DNA of 64,000 bases. It comes from Solobacterium sp. UBA3303. Its GTDB lineage: Bacteria > Bacillota_I > Bacilli_A > Erysipelotrichales > Erysipelotrichaceae. A program made the translations under genes and the position numbers. The DNA is taken from contig DESX01000013.1 of assembly GCA_002362065.1 (NCBI GenBank), positions 1,567-65,566 of the forward strand, in the 5' to 3' direction. Every line of letters starts with the position of its first letter. Position 1 is the stretch's first letter. Shown one piece after another: positions 10,581 to 20,974 of the stretch. The notes beneath the pieces were generated by a model, which saw only the letters and a list, made by a program, of their open reading frames with translations, did no database searches and was not told the origin of the DNA.

Positions 10581-11481
10581 AACGATCGTTATCTCTCTGG
10601 GCGGAAACGCCCTTGGCTATGAACCGGCAAGTCAGATCGAGAATCTGAAAAAGGCGATCATCCCGATCGTAGATCTGATCGAAGATGGCCATATAGTCAT
10701 GATCAGTCACGGAAACGGTCCACAGGTCGGACTGATCTTAAAAGCGTTTGAAAACGCCAATGTGGATATGCCTCTGGCGGAATGCGGCGCGATGTCGCAG
10801 GGCTATATCGGCTATGAACTCAAGCAGGTCCTCGACAACGAGTTAAAGAAAAGGGGCCTTGAAAAACAAAGTGTCTGTATTGTTACCCAAACACTTGTCG
10901 ATGAAGATGATGAAGGCTTCTTTGAACAAAATAAGCCGATCGGAAGATTCTATACGAAGGACGAGGCGGAAAAGCTTTCCTTAAAGACCGGCTTCACGTA
11001 TAAGGATGATGCAGGAAGAGGCTATCGCCGCCACGTTTGCTCGCCAAGACCCAGACGGATCATTGAAGAACAAGCCATCCGAAAGTTGATGGATGAGTTC
11101 ATCGTGATCTGTGCCGGCGGAGGCGGTGTACCGGTCATTGAAAAAGACGGGGCACTTCAAGGCATCGATGCGGTCATCGACAAAGATCTTTGTTCGGCCC
11201 TGCTGGCACAAAGCATTGACGCAGACAAGCTGGTGATCCTGATGAAAGAAGACAACGTCTTCTATCATTTTGGGAAAGCAGATGAAGAAAAACTGGGAAG
11301 GGTATCCGCTTCAAAGATGTATCAGTATCTTGAAGAAGGCGAATTCGCCAAAGGAAGCATGTATCCGAAGGTCGAAGCCTGTCTGAACTTTGTAAGGGAT
11401 GGGAAACAGGCGATCATCACTTCCCCGGAACTGCTGAAAGAGGCTTTGAAAGGCAAAGCCGGTACGATCATTACGATTTAA
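10564..11481 (+). CDS. arcC: Carbamate kinase
   Basis: [32 protein letters not shown]. Start moved from 10549 to ATG 10564. Confidence 0.95.
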   Translation: MEKTSETIVISLGGNALGYEPASQIENLKKAIIPIVDLIEDGHIVMISHGNGPQVGLILKAFENANVDMPLAECGAMSQGYIGYELKQVLDNELKKRGLEKQSVCIVTQTLVDEDDEGFFEQNKPIGRFYTKDEAEKLSLKTGFTYKDDAGRGYRRHVCSPRPRRIIEEQAIRKLMDEFIVICAGGGGVPVIEKDGALQGIDAVIDKDLCSALLAQSIDADKLVILMKEDNVFYHFGKADEEKLGRVSASKMYQYLEEGEFAKGSMYPKVEACLNFVRDGKQAIITSPELLKEALKGKAGTIITI

Positions 11482-11484
11482 AAG

Positions 11485-11516
11485 AAACGGTATGGATGAG
11501 CCATACCGTTGTTTTT
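11485..11516. terminator. Bidirectional terminator
   Basis: aacggtatgg-atgag-ccataccgtt 10-bp stem between convergent genes. Confidence 0.85.
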
Positions 11517-12597
11517 ATATTGCTTTGTTGACTGTGACGATGAAGTCCTGGGCATTGGTGATGATGGACTTGGCGGATAAGGAACCGCGGTCCGCCAGCT
11601 TGTTGGCCGTAAATTCGGAGATATCGACACAATAGAAGTAGACCTGACGCATCCGTCCTTGTTTGTCTATGCGATAGGATGGAGTCATGTTTCCGACAGC
11701 GATTGAATGAAGCATCGTGGCGATGCATATGACGGTCGTCGCATCTTTGATCTGTTCACGCATCTTTTCCTGTGCTTCATAGACATCGCCAAACACGCAA
11801 GGAAGTGGTCCGTCATCGCGGATCGATCCGCCTAAAACGTACGGGACGTGATTCTTTTCGCAGGCATAGATGATGCCGTTATCGATCTTTTCGTTTTCAA
11901 TGAAGGAAGCAACACTTCCATAGTAACGTACACGGTTGATCGTATCGAGGTGATTGTAGTGTCCGTTCGGCATGGACTTTTGCGTATAGATATCCTGTCC
12001 CAAGGCAGTTTTGAGATAGGAACCTTCAAGATCATGCGTTGCCAGAGCGTTGCCGGCCAGTAAGGCATGTACATAGCCCTTGTCGACCAAAGAGGCAAAG
12101 GCGTCCTTGGAGTCCTTGTCAAAAGCGACAGCCGGGCCTAAGACCCAGACGATCTTTCCGTGTTCTCTGTCGTGTCTTAAGACATCGTATAATTCATCGT
12201 AGTCTTTGGAGAAAGCAGTCTCCCTGCTGCGGTTGAGACGGAAGGCAAAGACATCCTTGTCTTCTTCCGATTCCCTGAAGCCGTTAGGGTGGACATAGAT
12301 CCCGTCTTCACAGTTCTCGGTCCTGCCGCAGACGATCAGATCATCTTTTTTGATATTGCGGAATTCGATGACTTTGATCTGCCCATCCCTGTATGCCGCG
12401 ACGCAGTCCATGCGGCTTTCTTTGGCAAGCAGCCAGTTTCCTTCGACCTTGAAATATTCAGGGAAGATCGACATGGCGTGATAGCCTTCCGGGGCAACGC
12501 CGTCAAATGGTGCCTTGACGAGTTTTACATCAGGCGCCTCAGAAAAATGCTTCTCAGTGAAGTCAGGTTCATAGTATTGTCTCAATTGAAGATTCAT
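11515..12597 (-). CDS. TIGR00300 / LOR-SDH-like protein homologous to the C-terminal ornithine cyclodeaminase module of cyanobacterial ArgZ/AgrE
   Basis: GNALATHDLE, GHYNHL, GSIRDDGPLP, MLHSIAVGNMTP, CVDI, KLADRGS motifs. TTGAAT-17-TATGCT promoter and SD ggagg upstream. Confidence 0.85.
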   Translation of the reverse strand: MNLQLRQYYEPDFTEKHFSEAPDVKLVKAPFDGVAPEGYHAMSIFPEYFKVEGNWLLAKESRMDCVAAYRDGQIKVIEFRNIKKDDLIVCGRTENCEDGIYVHPNGFRESEEDKDVFAFRLNRSRETAFSKDYDELYDVLRHDREHGKIVWVLGPAVAFDKDSKDAFASLVDKGYVHALLAGNALATHDLEGSYLKTALGQDIYTQKSMPNGHYNHLDTINRVRYYGSVASFIENEKIDNGIIYACEKNHVPYVLGGSIRDDGPLPCVFGDVYEAQEKMREQIKDATTVICIATMLHSIAVGNMTPSYRIDKQGRMRQVYFYCVDISEFTANKLADRGSLSAKSIITNAQDFIVTVNKAI

Positions 12598-12657
12598 AAA
12601 TGCCCTCCGCCTTCAGCATACCACATTAAATGCGGATTCAAGAAAGAAAAAAAGGAT

Positions 12658-13056
12658 CTAATGATCCTGATGCAGTGTATCTTTGAATACGTAGTATTTC
12701 TGATAGAAGAACTCGGTGACAAGGTTCACCAGCATGTTCAATATCGTCACAAGATAATCATTGAAATGAAGTGTCATAGTCAGATAGTTTCCGACGTAGG
12801 TCGACAATGGCGTAAAGATCAGATAGTAGAGGAAGACCTTGGCCATGGCAACCGGTACATTGGAAGCGGATTTGAAGGTGAAGTTGCGGTTGAGCGTAAA
12901 GTTCCAAAGGACCGATAAGATCAGCGAGATCAGATAGCTTGGCCACCACGCCATGTGAAAGGCGTCATGGAATAAGGCAAAACTTCCAAGCTGTATGATA
13001 CCGGCGGAAAGGGAAAACAATGTAAATTTGATGCTTTGAAGAAGATCTTTATTCAT
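12658..13056 (-). CDS. GtrA family membrane protein
   Basis: 4 TM segments; SVLWNFTLNRNFTFK and C-terminal YVFK. Confidence 0.88.
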   Translation of the reverse strand: MNKDLLQSIKFTLFSLSAGIIQLGSFALFHDAFHMAWWPSYLISLILSVLWNFTLNRNFTFKSASNVPVAMAKVFLYYLIFTPLSTYVGNYLTMTLHFNDYLVTILNMLVNLVTEFFYQKYYVFKDTLHQDH

Positions 13057-13459
13057 ATTTTCCTTTCAGATGATCGTTTGCCTGTTTTAAAACTTCCTTC
13101 ATGTTGTCGAAGGTGAGCTTTTCATAAGCTTCTTCATATGGAAGCAATAACATCGTTTCGACTTCCTCTTCCTGGGCGACCGGCGTCTGGTTTTCATAAT
13201 AGCCTAGGTAATAGACTGAAGTCTTTTCGATGCCGTTAGGCATGATGTAGACGAGCTCTTTTTCAAACGTTTCATCAAGTGTGACGTCGATCCCGGCCTC
13301 TTCTTTGATCTCACGAAGGGCAGCTTCTCTTCTGGTTTCCTTGTTTTCCAGATGCCCTTTCGGGAAACCGTAGTTTCCATGGAAATCTTTGATCAGAAGA
13401 TAGAGGATCGTATCGTTTTCGATCGTATAGGTGATCGCTCCTGCAGATATTTCAGACAT
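13049..13459 (-). CDS. NUDIX hydrolase (Ap4A-hydrolase-like)
   Basis: SAGA, FPKGHLENKETRREAALREIKEEAG Nudix box. Start reassigned to ATG 13459. Confidence 0.9.
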   Translation of the reverse strand: MSEISAGAITYTIENDTILYLLIKDFHGNYGFPKGHLENKETRREAALREIKEEAGIDVTLDETFEKELVYIMPNGIEKTSVYYLGYYENQTPVAQEEEVETMLLLPYEEAYEKLTFDNMKEVLKQANDHLKGKYE

Positions 13460-13534
13460 ACCTTGATTATAAGCCCATCTCAAGAAAATCAAAAGGTTTG
13501 GTTAATGAGTGTCTTTGTTTTAAAATAGTTACAT

Positions 13535-14404
13535 ATGAAACTGCTCTTACTGATCAACGCCCATTCCGGCGTGAAGAATTCCAAGGCAAATCTCTTAAGC
13601 GTCATCGACATCTTCTGCAGACATGGTTATGATGTATCTGCCTATGTCACACAAAAGAGGAATGATGCCTATGAATACCTGAGCAAAAACCGGGTGAAAT
13701 ACGATGTGGTCTGTGTCTTTGGCGGGGATGGAACGATGAATGAAGTCACCAATGCATTGATGCGAAAAGAACATAAGCCGCTGCTTGGTTATTTTCCAAG
13801 CGGAACGATGAACGATTTCGGATCCAATTTTGAGCTCGGGACGGATTTTATAAAGATCGCCGAGAGGATCTGCGAAGGAAACGTCCGGAAATATGATGTC
13901 GGGCAGTTCAATGGCCGCTACTTCAATTATGTGGCCGCATTTGGCGCGATGTGCGATGTGCCGTTCACCACAAAGCGCGATGCCAAGGAGGCCTTAGGCA
14001 ATATCGCCTACATCATGGAAGGCATTTCAAAACTGCCGGATATCCGCATGCACAAAGTCCGCTACACGATCGGCAGCCGGACCTATAAAAAAGATGTCCT
14101 GTTCGGACTGATCTATTCGGGGAATCGGGTGGCTGGCATGGAACTCGAAGACAAGAAGCGTTCGCGGATCGACGATGGCTACTTCAACGTATTGATCGTC
14201 GAGTATGTGCCAACCATATTCAATGCGCCGGATCTTTTATCGACGATCTTACAGCAGGATAAGTTCATCCACCGCTACCGCACCAAGGCGATCTCTCTGG
14301 AATTTGAAGATGACATCGTCTGGACACTGGATGGCGAAGAGGCGAAAGTCAAGGATAAAGTTGATATCACGATCATAAATAAAGCACTCAGTTTACTTGC
14401 CTGA
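13535..14404 (+). CDS. YegS/DAGK family lipid kinase
   Basis: GGDGTMNEV, PSGTMNDF, LDGE motifs. Confidence 0.92.
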   Translation: MKLLLLINAHSGVKNSKANLLSVIDIFCRHGYDVSAYVTQKRNDAYEYLSKNRVKYDVVCVFGGDGTMNEVTNALMRKEHKPLLGYFPSGTMNDFGSNFELGTDFIKIAERICEGNVRKYDVGQFNGRYFNYVAAFGAMCDVPFTTKRDAKEALGNIAYIMEGISKLPDIRMHKVRYTIGSRTYKKDVLFGLIYSGNRVAGMELEDKKRSRIDDGYFNVLIVEYVPTIFNAPDLLSTILQQDKFIHRYRTKAISLEFEDDIVWTLDGEEAKVKDKVDITIINKALSLLA

Positions 14405-14414
14405 GTGCTTTTTT
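14381..14414. terminator. Terminator hairpin at convergent gene ends
   Basis: aaagcactcag...ctgagtgcttt followed by a T tract. Confidence 0.7.
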
Positions 14415-14439
14415 AAGATCAGTTTGTTTTTTTGGATTT

Positions 14440-15120
14440 TTACTTCATCAGGCTCGTTAAGAGGCCGAGCAGTTCCGTACCGTTGGACTGTGTCTGTGTC
14501 GGTTTGTTTCCGCCTAAGAGACTTCCAAGCAGGTCAAGACCGCTGTTGGATGAAGAAGTGTTCGCAGAAGAACCGCCAAGCAGGGAACCTAATAAGCCGG
14601 CTGCCGGATTGGAGTTGGTGTTGGATACGTTTGCGCCACCGAGCAGGCCTGCGATATCAGAGAGGTCGATGCCGTCGGACAGGTCAACTTTGTTGGTCTG
14701 CGGTTTTGCGGCCTGCGCAGTCGTAGCTGTGGAAAGGCTGTTGAGCAAAGAAGGTGCGATCGCGTTCAGAACGCTGTTGACTTCCTTTGCGGACAGACCG
14801 GTCTGTTTTGCCAGTGAGCTGATGACCGATTTCTGATCAGAGCCTAAGATGTGGGCGATGATCTTTGCGCCGTCTGTTGAGTCAGCGTTGGAGATCTGTT
14901 GCGAAACAGTCTGTGTGCTGGTGTGCTGCGTCAAAGCAGATAAGAGGGAAGTAGCGCCTTCCTTCTTGGAAGCATTCTTCGTCAGATAAGTGATCAGAAG
15001 AGGTACTGCCATCATCAGCAGCTTAGAGATCGAACCGGAAGCAACGCCTGTCTTTTTGGATGCTGCATTGACAGAATCGTTGGTCGTTAATGCGCCTAAT
15101 AATAACTGTAAAAGATTCAT
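14440..15120 (-). CDS. DUF937 family protein
   Basis: DGAKIIAHILG motif; low-complexity G-L-L-G repeat C-terminus. Confidence 0.8.
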   Translation of the reverse strand: MNLLQLLLGALTTNDSVNAASKKTGVASGSISKLLMMAVPLLITYLTKNASKKEGATSLLSALTQHTSTQTVSQQISNADSTDGAKIIAHILGSDQKSVISSLAKQTGLSAKEVNSVLNAIAPSLLNSLSTATTAQAAKPQTNKVDLSDGIDLSDIAGLLGGANVSNTNSNPAAGLLGSLLGGSSANTSSSNSGLDLLGSLLGGNKPTQTQSNGTELLGLLTSLMK

Positions 15121-15268
15121 TATTCAATTCTCCTTATTCTTTATTTTCATTGTACACTTTTTTTCCACGCAGTTGTCAATTCTTATATGCACGCAGACAA
15201 TGGAATGATTGGTACGAAGAGCACTAAATCTGACAGCTTTTTGACAAAAAAGTGATAATATTTATAGT

Positions 15269-17005
15269 ATGTTCAGATTATTAAAAAGATTTACAAAAGA
15301 CGGCTGGTGGGCCGCGTTATTAGGTCCGGTATTCACTGCCCTGGAAGTGGCGGTGGATGCTTTGATCCCGCTGGTCATGTCGGATATCATCGATAAAGGC
15401 ATATACGGCATGGGCGGAGACCTCGATTACATCTGGAACAGAGGTCTGTATATGATCCTGCTGGCTGTGCTTGGTGCAGTTTTCGGGTCCCTTTCGGGAT
15501 GGTTTTCTTCAGTCGCTTCGACAAGATTTATCCGCAATATCCGCTATGCGATGTTCTCCAAGATTCAGGAATTCAGCTTTGAGAACATTGAAAAGTATCC
15601 GGTTCCGACGGTCGTCATGCGTATGACGGCGGATATGCGTATGCTCAGGATGGCGTATGTGAGTATCGTCAGGATGCTGATCAGAGCACCATTCAACCTG
15701 ATCCTGTCGGCGTACTTTGTCTTCACGATGAATCCTTCACTGGCTTCGATCTTTGCCTTTACGATCCCGGTCTTAGGTGTCGGACTCATCTTTATCTATT
15801 CCAAGGCACATCCGCGCTTCCGTCAGATGATGCTCAAATTCGATGCACTCGATGCAAACCTCGAAGAAAATATCGAGGGTATCCGTGTCGTCAAGACCTT
15901 CGTCAGGGAAGACTACGAGAACAAGAAGTTCAATGCGGCTTCCGAAGGCGTCATGAAGGCACAGCGTTTTGCCGAAAACATCGTCATCCTCAACCGGCCG
16001 TTCTTTGAACTGGTCATGTATGTCTGCATGGTCATCATTGCCTGGGTCGGCGGCAGAGATGTCATCAATGGCACGATGACGACCGGCAATTTCATGGCTT
16101 ACATTTCCTATATCCGTGCGATCTTGTTTGCCTTATTGATGATCTCCAACGTCTTCTTACAGATCGTCATGGCACAGGCTTCGGTCGATCGTGCCAATGA
16201 GATCCTCGATGAAGAGCCGAAAGTTACGGATCACGATGCTGATGAGAGTCTGAACGTGGAAGAAGGAAGCATCGAATTCCGCAATGTCAGCTTCAAGTAT
16301 TCCGACGAGGCGCAAAAGAACGTCTTAAGCAACATCGATCTCAAGATCGAGTCGGGTGAAGTCATCGGAATCCTGGGTCCGACCGGTTCCTCCAAGTCGA
16401 CACTGGTACAGCTGATCCCGCGTCTTTACGATGTGACCCAGGGCGAAGTCTTAGTCGGCGGCCACAACGTCAGGGAATACAAACTGCACAATCTGCGTGA
16501 GGCAGTCGCCATGGTCTTACAGAAGAATACTTTATTCTCCGGTACGATCGAAGAGAATATGAAGTGGGGCAATCCAAACGCGACCCACGAAGAAGTCGTG
16601 GAAGCCTGCAAATATGCGCAGGCGGACGATTTCATTCAGGCGATGCCGATGAAATATGAAACAGAACTCGGCCAGGGCGGCGTCAATGTTTCCGGTGGCC
16701 AGAAACAGAGACTATGTATCGCAAGAGCTCTGATGAAACATCCGAAGATCATCATCCTCGATGATTCAACAAGTGCTGTCGATACCGATACCGATCATCG
16801 CATCCAGCTCGCTTTGAAGGAAAAGCTCGGCGGCATGACGACGATCATCATTGCCCAGCGCGTGGCTTCGGTCAAGGAAGCCAGCCGCATCATCATCATG
16901 AATGACGGCATGATCGAAGATATCGGCAATCATGAGGAACTCATGGCAAGGAATGAGGTCTATCGCGATCTCTACAATACACAGATGGAAGGAGCACTGG
17001 AATAA
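15269..17005 (+). CDS. Heterodimeric ABC exporter, subunit 1 (TMD+NBD, degenerate Walker A)
   Basis: GPTGSSKS, VSGGQKQR, ILDDS motifs. Confidence 0.93.
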   Translation: MFRLLKRFTKDGWWAALLGPVFTALEVAVDALIPLVMSDIIDKGIYGMGGDLDYIWNRGLYMILLAVLGAVFGSLSGWFSSVASTRFIRNIRYAMFSKIQEFSFENIEKYPVPTVVMRMTADMRMLRMAYVSIVRMLIRAPFNLILSAYFVFTMNPSLASIFAFTIPVLGVGLIFIYSKAHPRFRQMMLKFDALDANLEENIEGIRVVKTFVREDYENKKFNAASEGVMKAQRFAENIVILNRPFFELVMYVCMVIIAWVGGRDVINGTMTTGNFMAYISYIRAILFALLMISNVFLQIVMAQASVDRANEILDEEPKVTDHDADESLNVEEGSIEFRNVSFKYSDEAQKNVLSNIDLKIESGEVIGILGPTGSSKSTLVQLIPRLYDVTQGEVLVGGHNVREYKLHNLREAVAMVLQKNTLFSGTIEENMKWGNPNATHEEVVEACKYAQADDFIQAMPMKYETELGQGGVNVSGGQKQRLCIARALMKHPKIIILDDSTSAVDTDTDHRIQLALKEKLGGMTTIIIAQRVASVKEASRIIIMNDGMIEDIGNHEELMARNEVYRDLYNTQMEGALE

Positions 17006-18894
17006 TGGCAGACACAGGTTACAGACAGCTCAGGACTTCCAGAGCAAACGACGTGCTTGGCACGATCGGAAAGTGTTTCTCCTATATCGGGAAACGTTAC
17101 CGCTTCCGCTTTATCGCGGCGATCGTCTTTACGATCATCGCATCGATGACTGGTGTCATCTCATCCTATCTGTTCACACCGATCTTAAATAACTATGTCG
17201 TCCCATACATCGGACAGGAAAACCCGGATCTCAGCGGCTTCAAAAGGATGTTATTCGTGATGATCGCGGTCTATGTCACAGGCCTGGTCGCATCCTTCGC
17301 CTTCTCGAAACTGATGTCGATCGTTTCGACCGGTGTGCTTGATGACATGCGAAAAGACCTGTTCCGGGTCATGGAAAAACTCCCTGTGCGTTTCTTTGAT
17401 ACGAGGACGCATGGCGAAGTGATGAACTACTACACCAACGATATCGATACGATACGTCCGATGCTGGCGGATGGCTTCCCGACGCTGATCACCACGATGA
17501 TCACGATCGTGGGCTGCTTCAGCTTCATGTTTGCGCTGAATTTCCGTCTGAGCATCGTCATGGTCGTATTCCTGATCACGATGTTCTTCTTCACATTCTT
17601 CCTGGCCAAGGGTTCAAGAAAGACCTTTGCCGGACTGCAGAGAGAAGTTTCCAACATCAACGGCTATACGCAGGAGATGTTCTCCGGTCAGAAGGTCATC
17701 AAGGTCTTCAACCATGAAAAGGAAGCGATCGACGGCTTCCTGGAATTCAACGAGAGGCTTTACAACTATTCGCTTCGTTCCAATGCCTATGCATCGATGC
17801 TGATGCCGATCAACGGCAACCTGTCATACATCGCTTATGCGATCGTGGCAGTCCTTGGCGGACGCATGTGCATCGACGGCAGTATGCGGATCGGCGATCT
17901 GGCATCCTTCCTCTTGTTTGTCAGACAGTTTGCCGGACCGATCTCCAACCTTTCCCAGCAGTTCAACGGCATCATGATGTCGCTGGCCGGTGCAGAGAGA
18001 GTCTTCGATCTGATGGAGAAGGAAGCGGAACTCGACTACGGCATCATCGAACTGGTCAATGTCGAAGAAGACAAGGAAGAACTTGTCGAGACTGACAGGA
18101 AGACGGATCGCTGGGCATGGAAGATCCCGATCGATCCGCCAAAATATATCGAGCTTAAAGGCGATATCCGTTTAAACAACGTCACCTTCCGCTACAACGA
18201 AGGAAAGACGATCTTAAAGGACATCTCCTTATACGCCAACCCGGGTCAGAAGATCGCCTTTGTCGGTTCAACCGGTGCGGGCAAGACGACCATCACCAAC
18301 CTGATCAACCGTTTCTACGACGTGGAAGATCAGGAAGGCATGATCACCTTCGATGGCATCCCGATCAAGGAGATCAAGAAGGATGACTTGCGAAGATCCG
18401 TCGGTGTCGTTTTGCAGGACACGAACCTGTTCTCCGGTACGATCATGGACAATATCCGTTACGGAAGACTTGATGCGACCGATGAAGAATGCATCGCTGC
18501 CGCAAAGATCTCCAATGCGGATTCCTTCATTGAGAGACTGCCGCATGGCTATCAGACGGTGCTGAGTGCCAACGGATCCAATCTCTCGCAAGGCCAGAGG
18601 CAGCTGCTCAACATCGCAAGATGTGCGGTCGCCGATCCTCCGGTCATGGTTTTGGATGAAGCGACATCTTCGATCGATACCCATACCGAGAAGCTGATCG
18701 AAAAGGGTATGGATGAACTGATGAAAGGCCGTACGACCTTCGTCATCGCCCATCGTCTGTCGACCGTACGCAATGCCAATGCGATCATCGTCCTTGAACA
18801 CGGACAGATCATCGAACGCGGTGACCACGATGCTTTGATCGCCCAGAAGGGCAGATATTATCAGCTTTACACCGGCAAAGCCGAACTTGATTAA
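17005..18894 (+). CDS. Heterodimeric ABC exporter, subunit 2 (TMD+NBD)
   Basis: GSTGAGKT, LSQGQRQ, VLDEAT, IAHRL motifs. Confidence 0.93.
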   Translation: MADTGYRQLRTSRANDVLGTIGKCFSYIGKRYRFRFIAAIVFTIIASMTGVISSYLFTPILNNYVVPYIGQENPDLSGFKRMLFVMIAVYVTGLVASFAFSKLMSIVSTGVLDDMRKDLFRVMEKLPVRFFDTRTHGEVMNYYTNDIDTIRPMLADGFPTLITTMITIVGCFSFMFALNFRLSIVMVVFLITMFFFTFFLAKGSRKTFAGLQREVSNINGYTQEMFSGQKVIKVFNHEKEAIDGFLEFNERLYNYSLRSNAYASMLMPINGNLSYIAYAIVAVLGGRMCIDGSMRIGDLASFLLFVRQFAGPISNLSQQFNGIMMSLAGAERVFDLMEKEAELDYGIIELVNVEEDKEELVETDRKTDRWAWKIPIDPPKYIELKGDIRLNNVTFRYNEGKTILKDISLYANPGQKIAFVGSTGAGKTTITNLINRFYDVEDQEGMITFDGIPIKEIKKDDLRRSVGVVLQDTNLFSGTIMDNIRYGRLDATDEECIAAAKISNADSFIERLPHGYQTVLSANGSNLSQGQRQLLNIARCAVADPPVMVLDEATSSIDTHTEKLIEKGMDELMKGRTTFVIAHRLSTVRNANAIIVLEHGQIIERGDHDALIAQKGRYYQLYTGKAELD

Positions 18895-18955
18895 AAAAGA
18901 CTGTAAATCTGATAAAAAAGATGTAAAATAGTATATGCACAAAAGAATATGATCT

Positions 18956-19032
18956 CAGGATGTAGCTCAGCTTGGTGGAGCGCTTGCTTCGGGTGTAAGA
19001 GGTCAAGGGTTCGAATCCCTTCATCCTGACCA
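18956..19032 (+). tRNA. tRNA-Pro (anticodon CGG)
   Basis: Acceptor caggatg/catcctg, anticodon arm cttgc-ttCGGgt-gtaag, T loop ttcgaat, encoded CCA; 77 nt. Confidence 0.95.
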
Positions 19033-19075
19033 TGTTCTTTTTTTGTATAATGAGAATGTATATGGAGATCAGCTT

Positions 19076-19921
19076 ATGAGTAAAGTGGCTTTGGTCCTGG
19101 AAGGCGGCGGACTTCGCGGTGTGTTTACCGGCGGAACGATCGACTGTTTTCTGGACAAAAAAATAGATTTTGATTATGTGGTCGGCGTCAGCGCCGGATC
19201 CTGCAATACCTTTGCCTATATCGGCAGACAAAGAGGCTATGCGAGAGCCTGCATGATACAGAAAGACCGTTCCAATTCCTTCTGGGGCGTATCGCAGATG
19301 AGGGAATCACACAAATTCGTGGATCTCGACAAGATCTTCTACGAGTACACGCAGCAGTATGATTTCGATTTTGACCGTTTCATTTCCAATCCGACGCCAT
19401 GGGATATGGTCGTATCCAACATCTATACCGGCAAGGCCGAGTATATGCATACAGATGACATCGAAAGATCAAGACTCATCGGCAAGGCGTCCTGCTCGAT
19501 GCCGGGCCTGACCGAACCGGTGAATATCGATGACCAGTTATATATGGATGGCGGTATCTGTGATTCGATCCCTGTGCAAAGAGCCCTGGATATGGGCTAT
19601 GACAAGGTCGTCGTCGTATTGACCAGGAAACAGGGAAATTATTCAAGGATCAACGATGCGGCATTGGCCTTGTTCAGAAGACTTTATGGAAAGTATCCGA
19701 ATTTCTATAAGGCACTGGAAAACAGGACACAGATGTATCACGATCAGGTCGATCTTTGTGAAAAGCTGGAGGCGGAAGGCAAAGTCATCATCATCCGCCC
19801 GACCATGCAGGAAGTCAGCAGGCTTGAATCCAACGAGGATGAACTGCTGATGTCCTATTACCATGGCTATACCAAGGCCAAGGAATTTGTCGATCAGATC
19901 AAAGACTGGAAAGAAAACTGA
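19076..19921 (+). CDS. Patatin-like phospholipase family protein
   Basis: LEGGGLRG, GVSAG, DGG motifs; SD ggag before ATG 19076. Confidence 0.92.
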   Translation: MSKVALVLEGGGLRGVFTGGTIDCFLDKKIDFDYVVGVSAGSCNTFAYIGRQRGYARACMIQKDRSNSFWGVSQMRESHKFVDLDKIFYEYTQQYDFDFDRFISNPTPWDMVVSNIYTGKAEYMHTDDIERSRLIGKASCSMPGLTEPVNIDDQLYMDGGICDSIPVQRALDMGYDKVVVVLTRKQGNYSRINDAALALFRRLYGKYPNFYKALENRTQMYHDQVDLCEKLEAEGKVIIIRPTMQEVSRLESNEDELLMSYYHGYTKAKEFVDQIKDWKEN

Positions 19922-20907
19922 TGGAAAAAGAAAGAAGTTCTCTGGCAAGTTTTATCAAAGCAGCATTCTTCATGCTGAGCCTTCTTTTGGTTCTGGCTGT
20001 CCTGACTTCTTTAAATACCGGAATATCCATGTTTGACAGGGAGGTGATGAGCCTTTTGAGCACGATCTTTATCCTATCCTTATGTATACTCGGCGTACTG
20101 GCTTTGAGCGTTTTTGCAGTTGCGATCTTCGGCTCAAAGAATACTTCAAGCGGCCAGTCAGCTTTGATCAAGGATAACACCCTTCGCTATGAAACAAAGG
20201 GTGAAAATGGCCGGAAGAAGAAAGTCAGCATCGACCTCAGAAAGATCGATTCCTATCTGAGTCAGTATTCCGAGCTCTACATGATCAGGGGAACAAAACT
20301 TGTAAAGAAAGACAAAAAGGCAAAGCCCAATGCCAATACATTATTCCTTGTAAAGGAAGATGGAAGTCAGATCTCACTCAATGAACTTTCAAAAGCCGAT
20401 GCGGCTTTCTACAATGAGGTCTGCGGCTTCCTTGACCGCATAAAAGATAAGGACGCGATCGACCTGTCGTTCCGCATGCGCAAGTATGCGGCGGAATCTG
20501 ATCTGATCCTTTCCGGAAGAGAGACTATGGCTAAGCTGAAGCTTCTTTCAAGGAAAGTCAAAAACAGAAAAGTCAAAGAAAAGATCAATGAAACGATCTC
20601 ACGGATCAAGGATGCAGAAGCCGGCATCATCGATCATTCCGATCAGTTACGAAAGCTTTACGATCATTATCTTCCGATGCTGGTGCAGATCACCGATGAC
20701 TACATCACGATGGAAGGACACGACCAGAGCATCGTCGATATCTCATCTTCCAGACAGAGGCTCCTTGATACCTTCGTGCTGATCGATTCAGTCTTTACAT
20801 CGATGGGAAGCGAGGAAGAAGCCATCGGCATTGAAGAGCTCGATGCGGATGTGCAGAAAGTAAACGCTTTACTTGCGAAAAACGATACAGAAACGCTGAA
20901 AAAGTGA
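19921..20907 (+). CDS. Membrane-anchored hypothetical protein, C-terminus XpaC-like
   Basis: Two N-terminal TM helices; LRKLYDHYLP...DDY segment resembles XpaC (5-bromo-4-chloroindolyl phosphate hydrolysis family). Confidence 0.5.
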   Translation: MEKERSSLASFIKAAFFMLSLLLVLAVLTSLNTGISMFDREVMSLLSTIFILSLCILGVLALSVFAVAIFGSKNTSSGQSALIKDNTLRYETKGENGRKKKVSIDLRKIDSYLSQYSELYMIRGTKLVKKDKKAKPNANTLFLVKEDGSQISLNELSKADAAFYNEVCGFLDRIKDKDAIDLSFRMRKYAAESDLILSGRETMAKLKLLSRKVKNRKVKEKINETISRIKDAEAGIIDHSDQLRKLYDHYLPMLVQITDDYITMEGHDQSIVDISSSRQRLLDTFVLIDSVFTSMGSEEEAIGIEELDADVQKVNALLAKNDTETLKK

Positions 20908-20974
20908 CGAAATATGTCGCTTTTTCTTTTCGTTTGGCTATAATGGATTTTGAATCTTTGAAAAGGAGCATTTT

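Noticed and set aside
14440..14700. G-L-L-G peptide repeats as a novel repeat element
   Set aside because: Low-complexity tail typical of DUF937 proteins; no exact DNA-level repeat.
15269..18894. Degenerate Walker A (GSSKS) as a sign of pseudogenisation
   Set aside because: Degenerate sites are normal in heterodimeric ABC exporters; both frames are intact.
18809..19231. Minus-strand ORF spanning the tRNA-Pro
   Set aside because: Antisense to a tRNA and two CDS; spurious.
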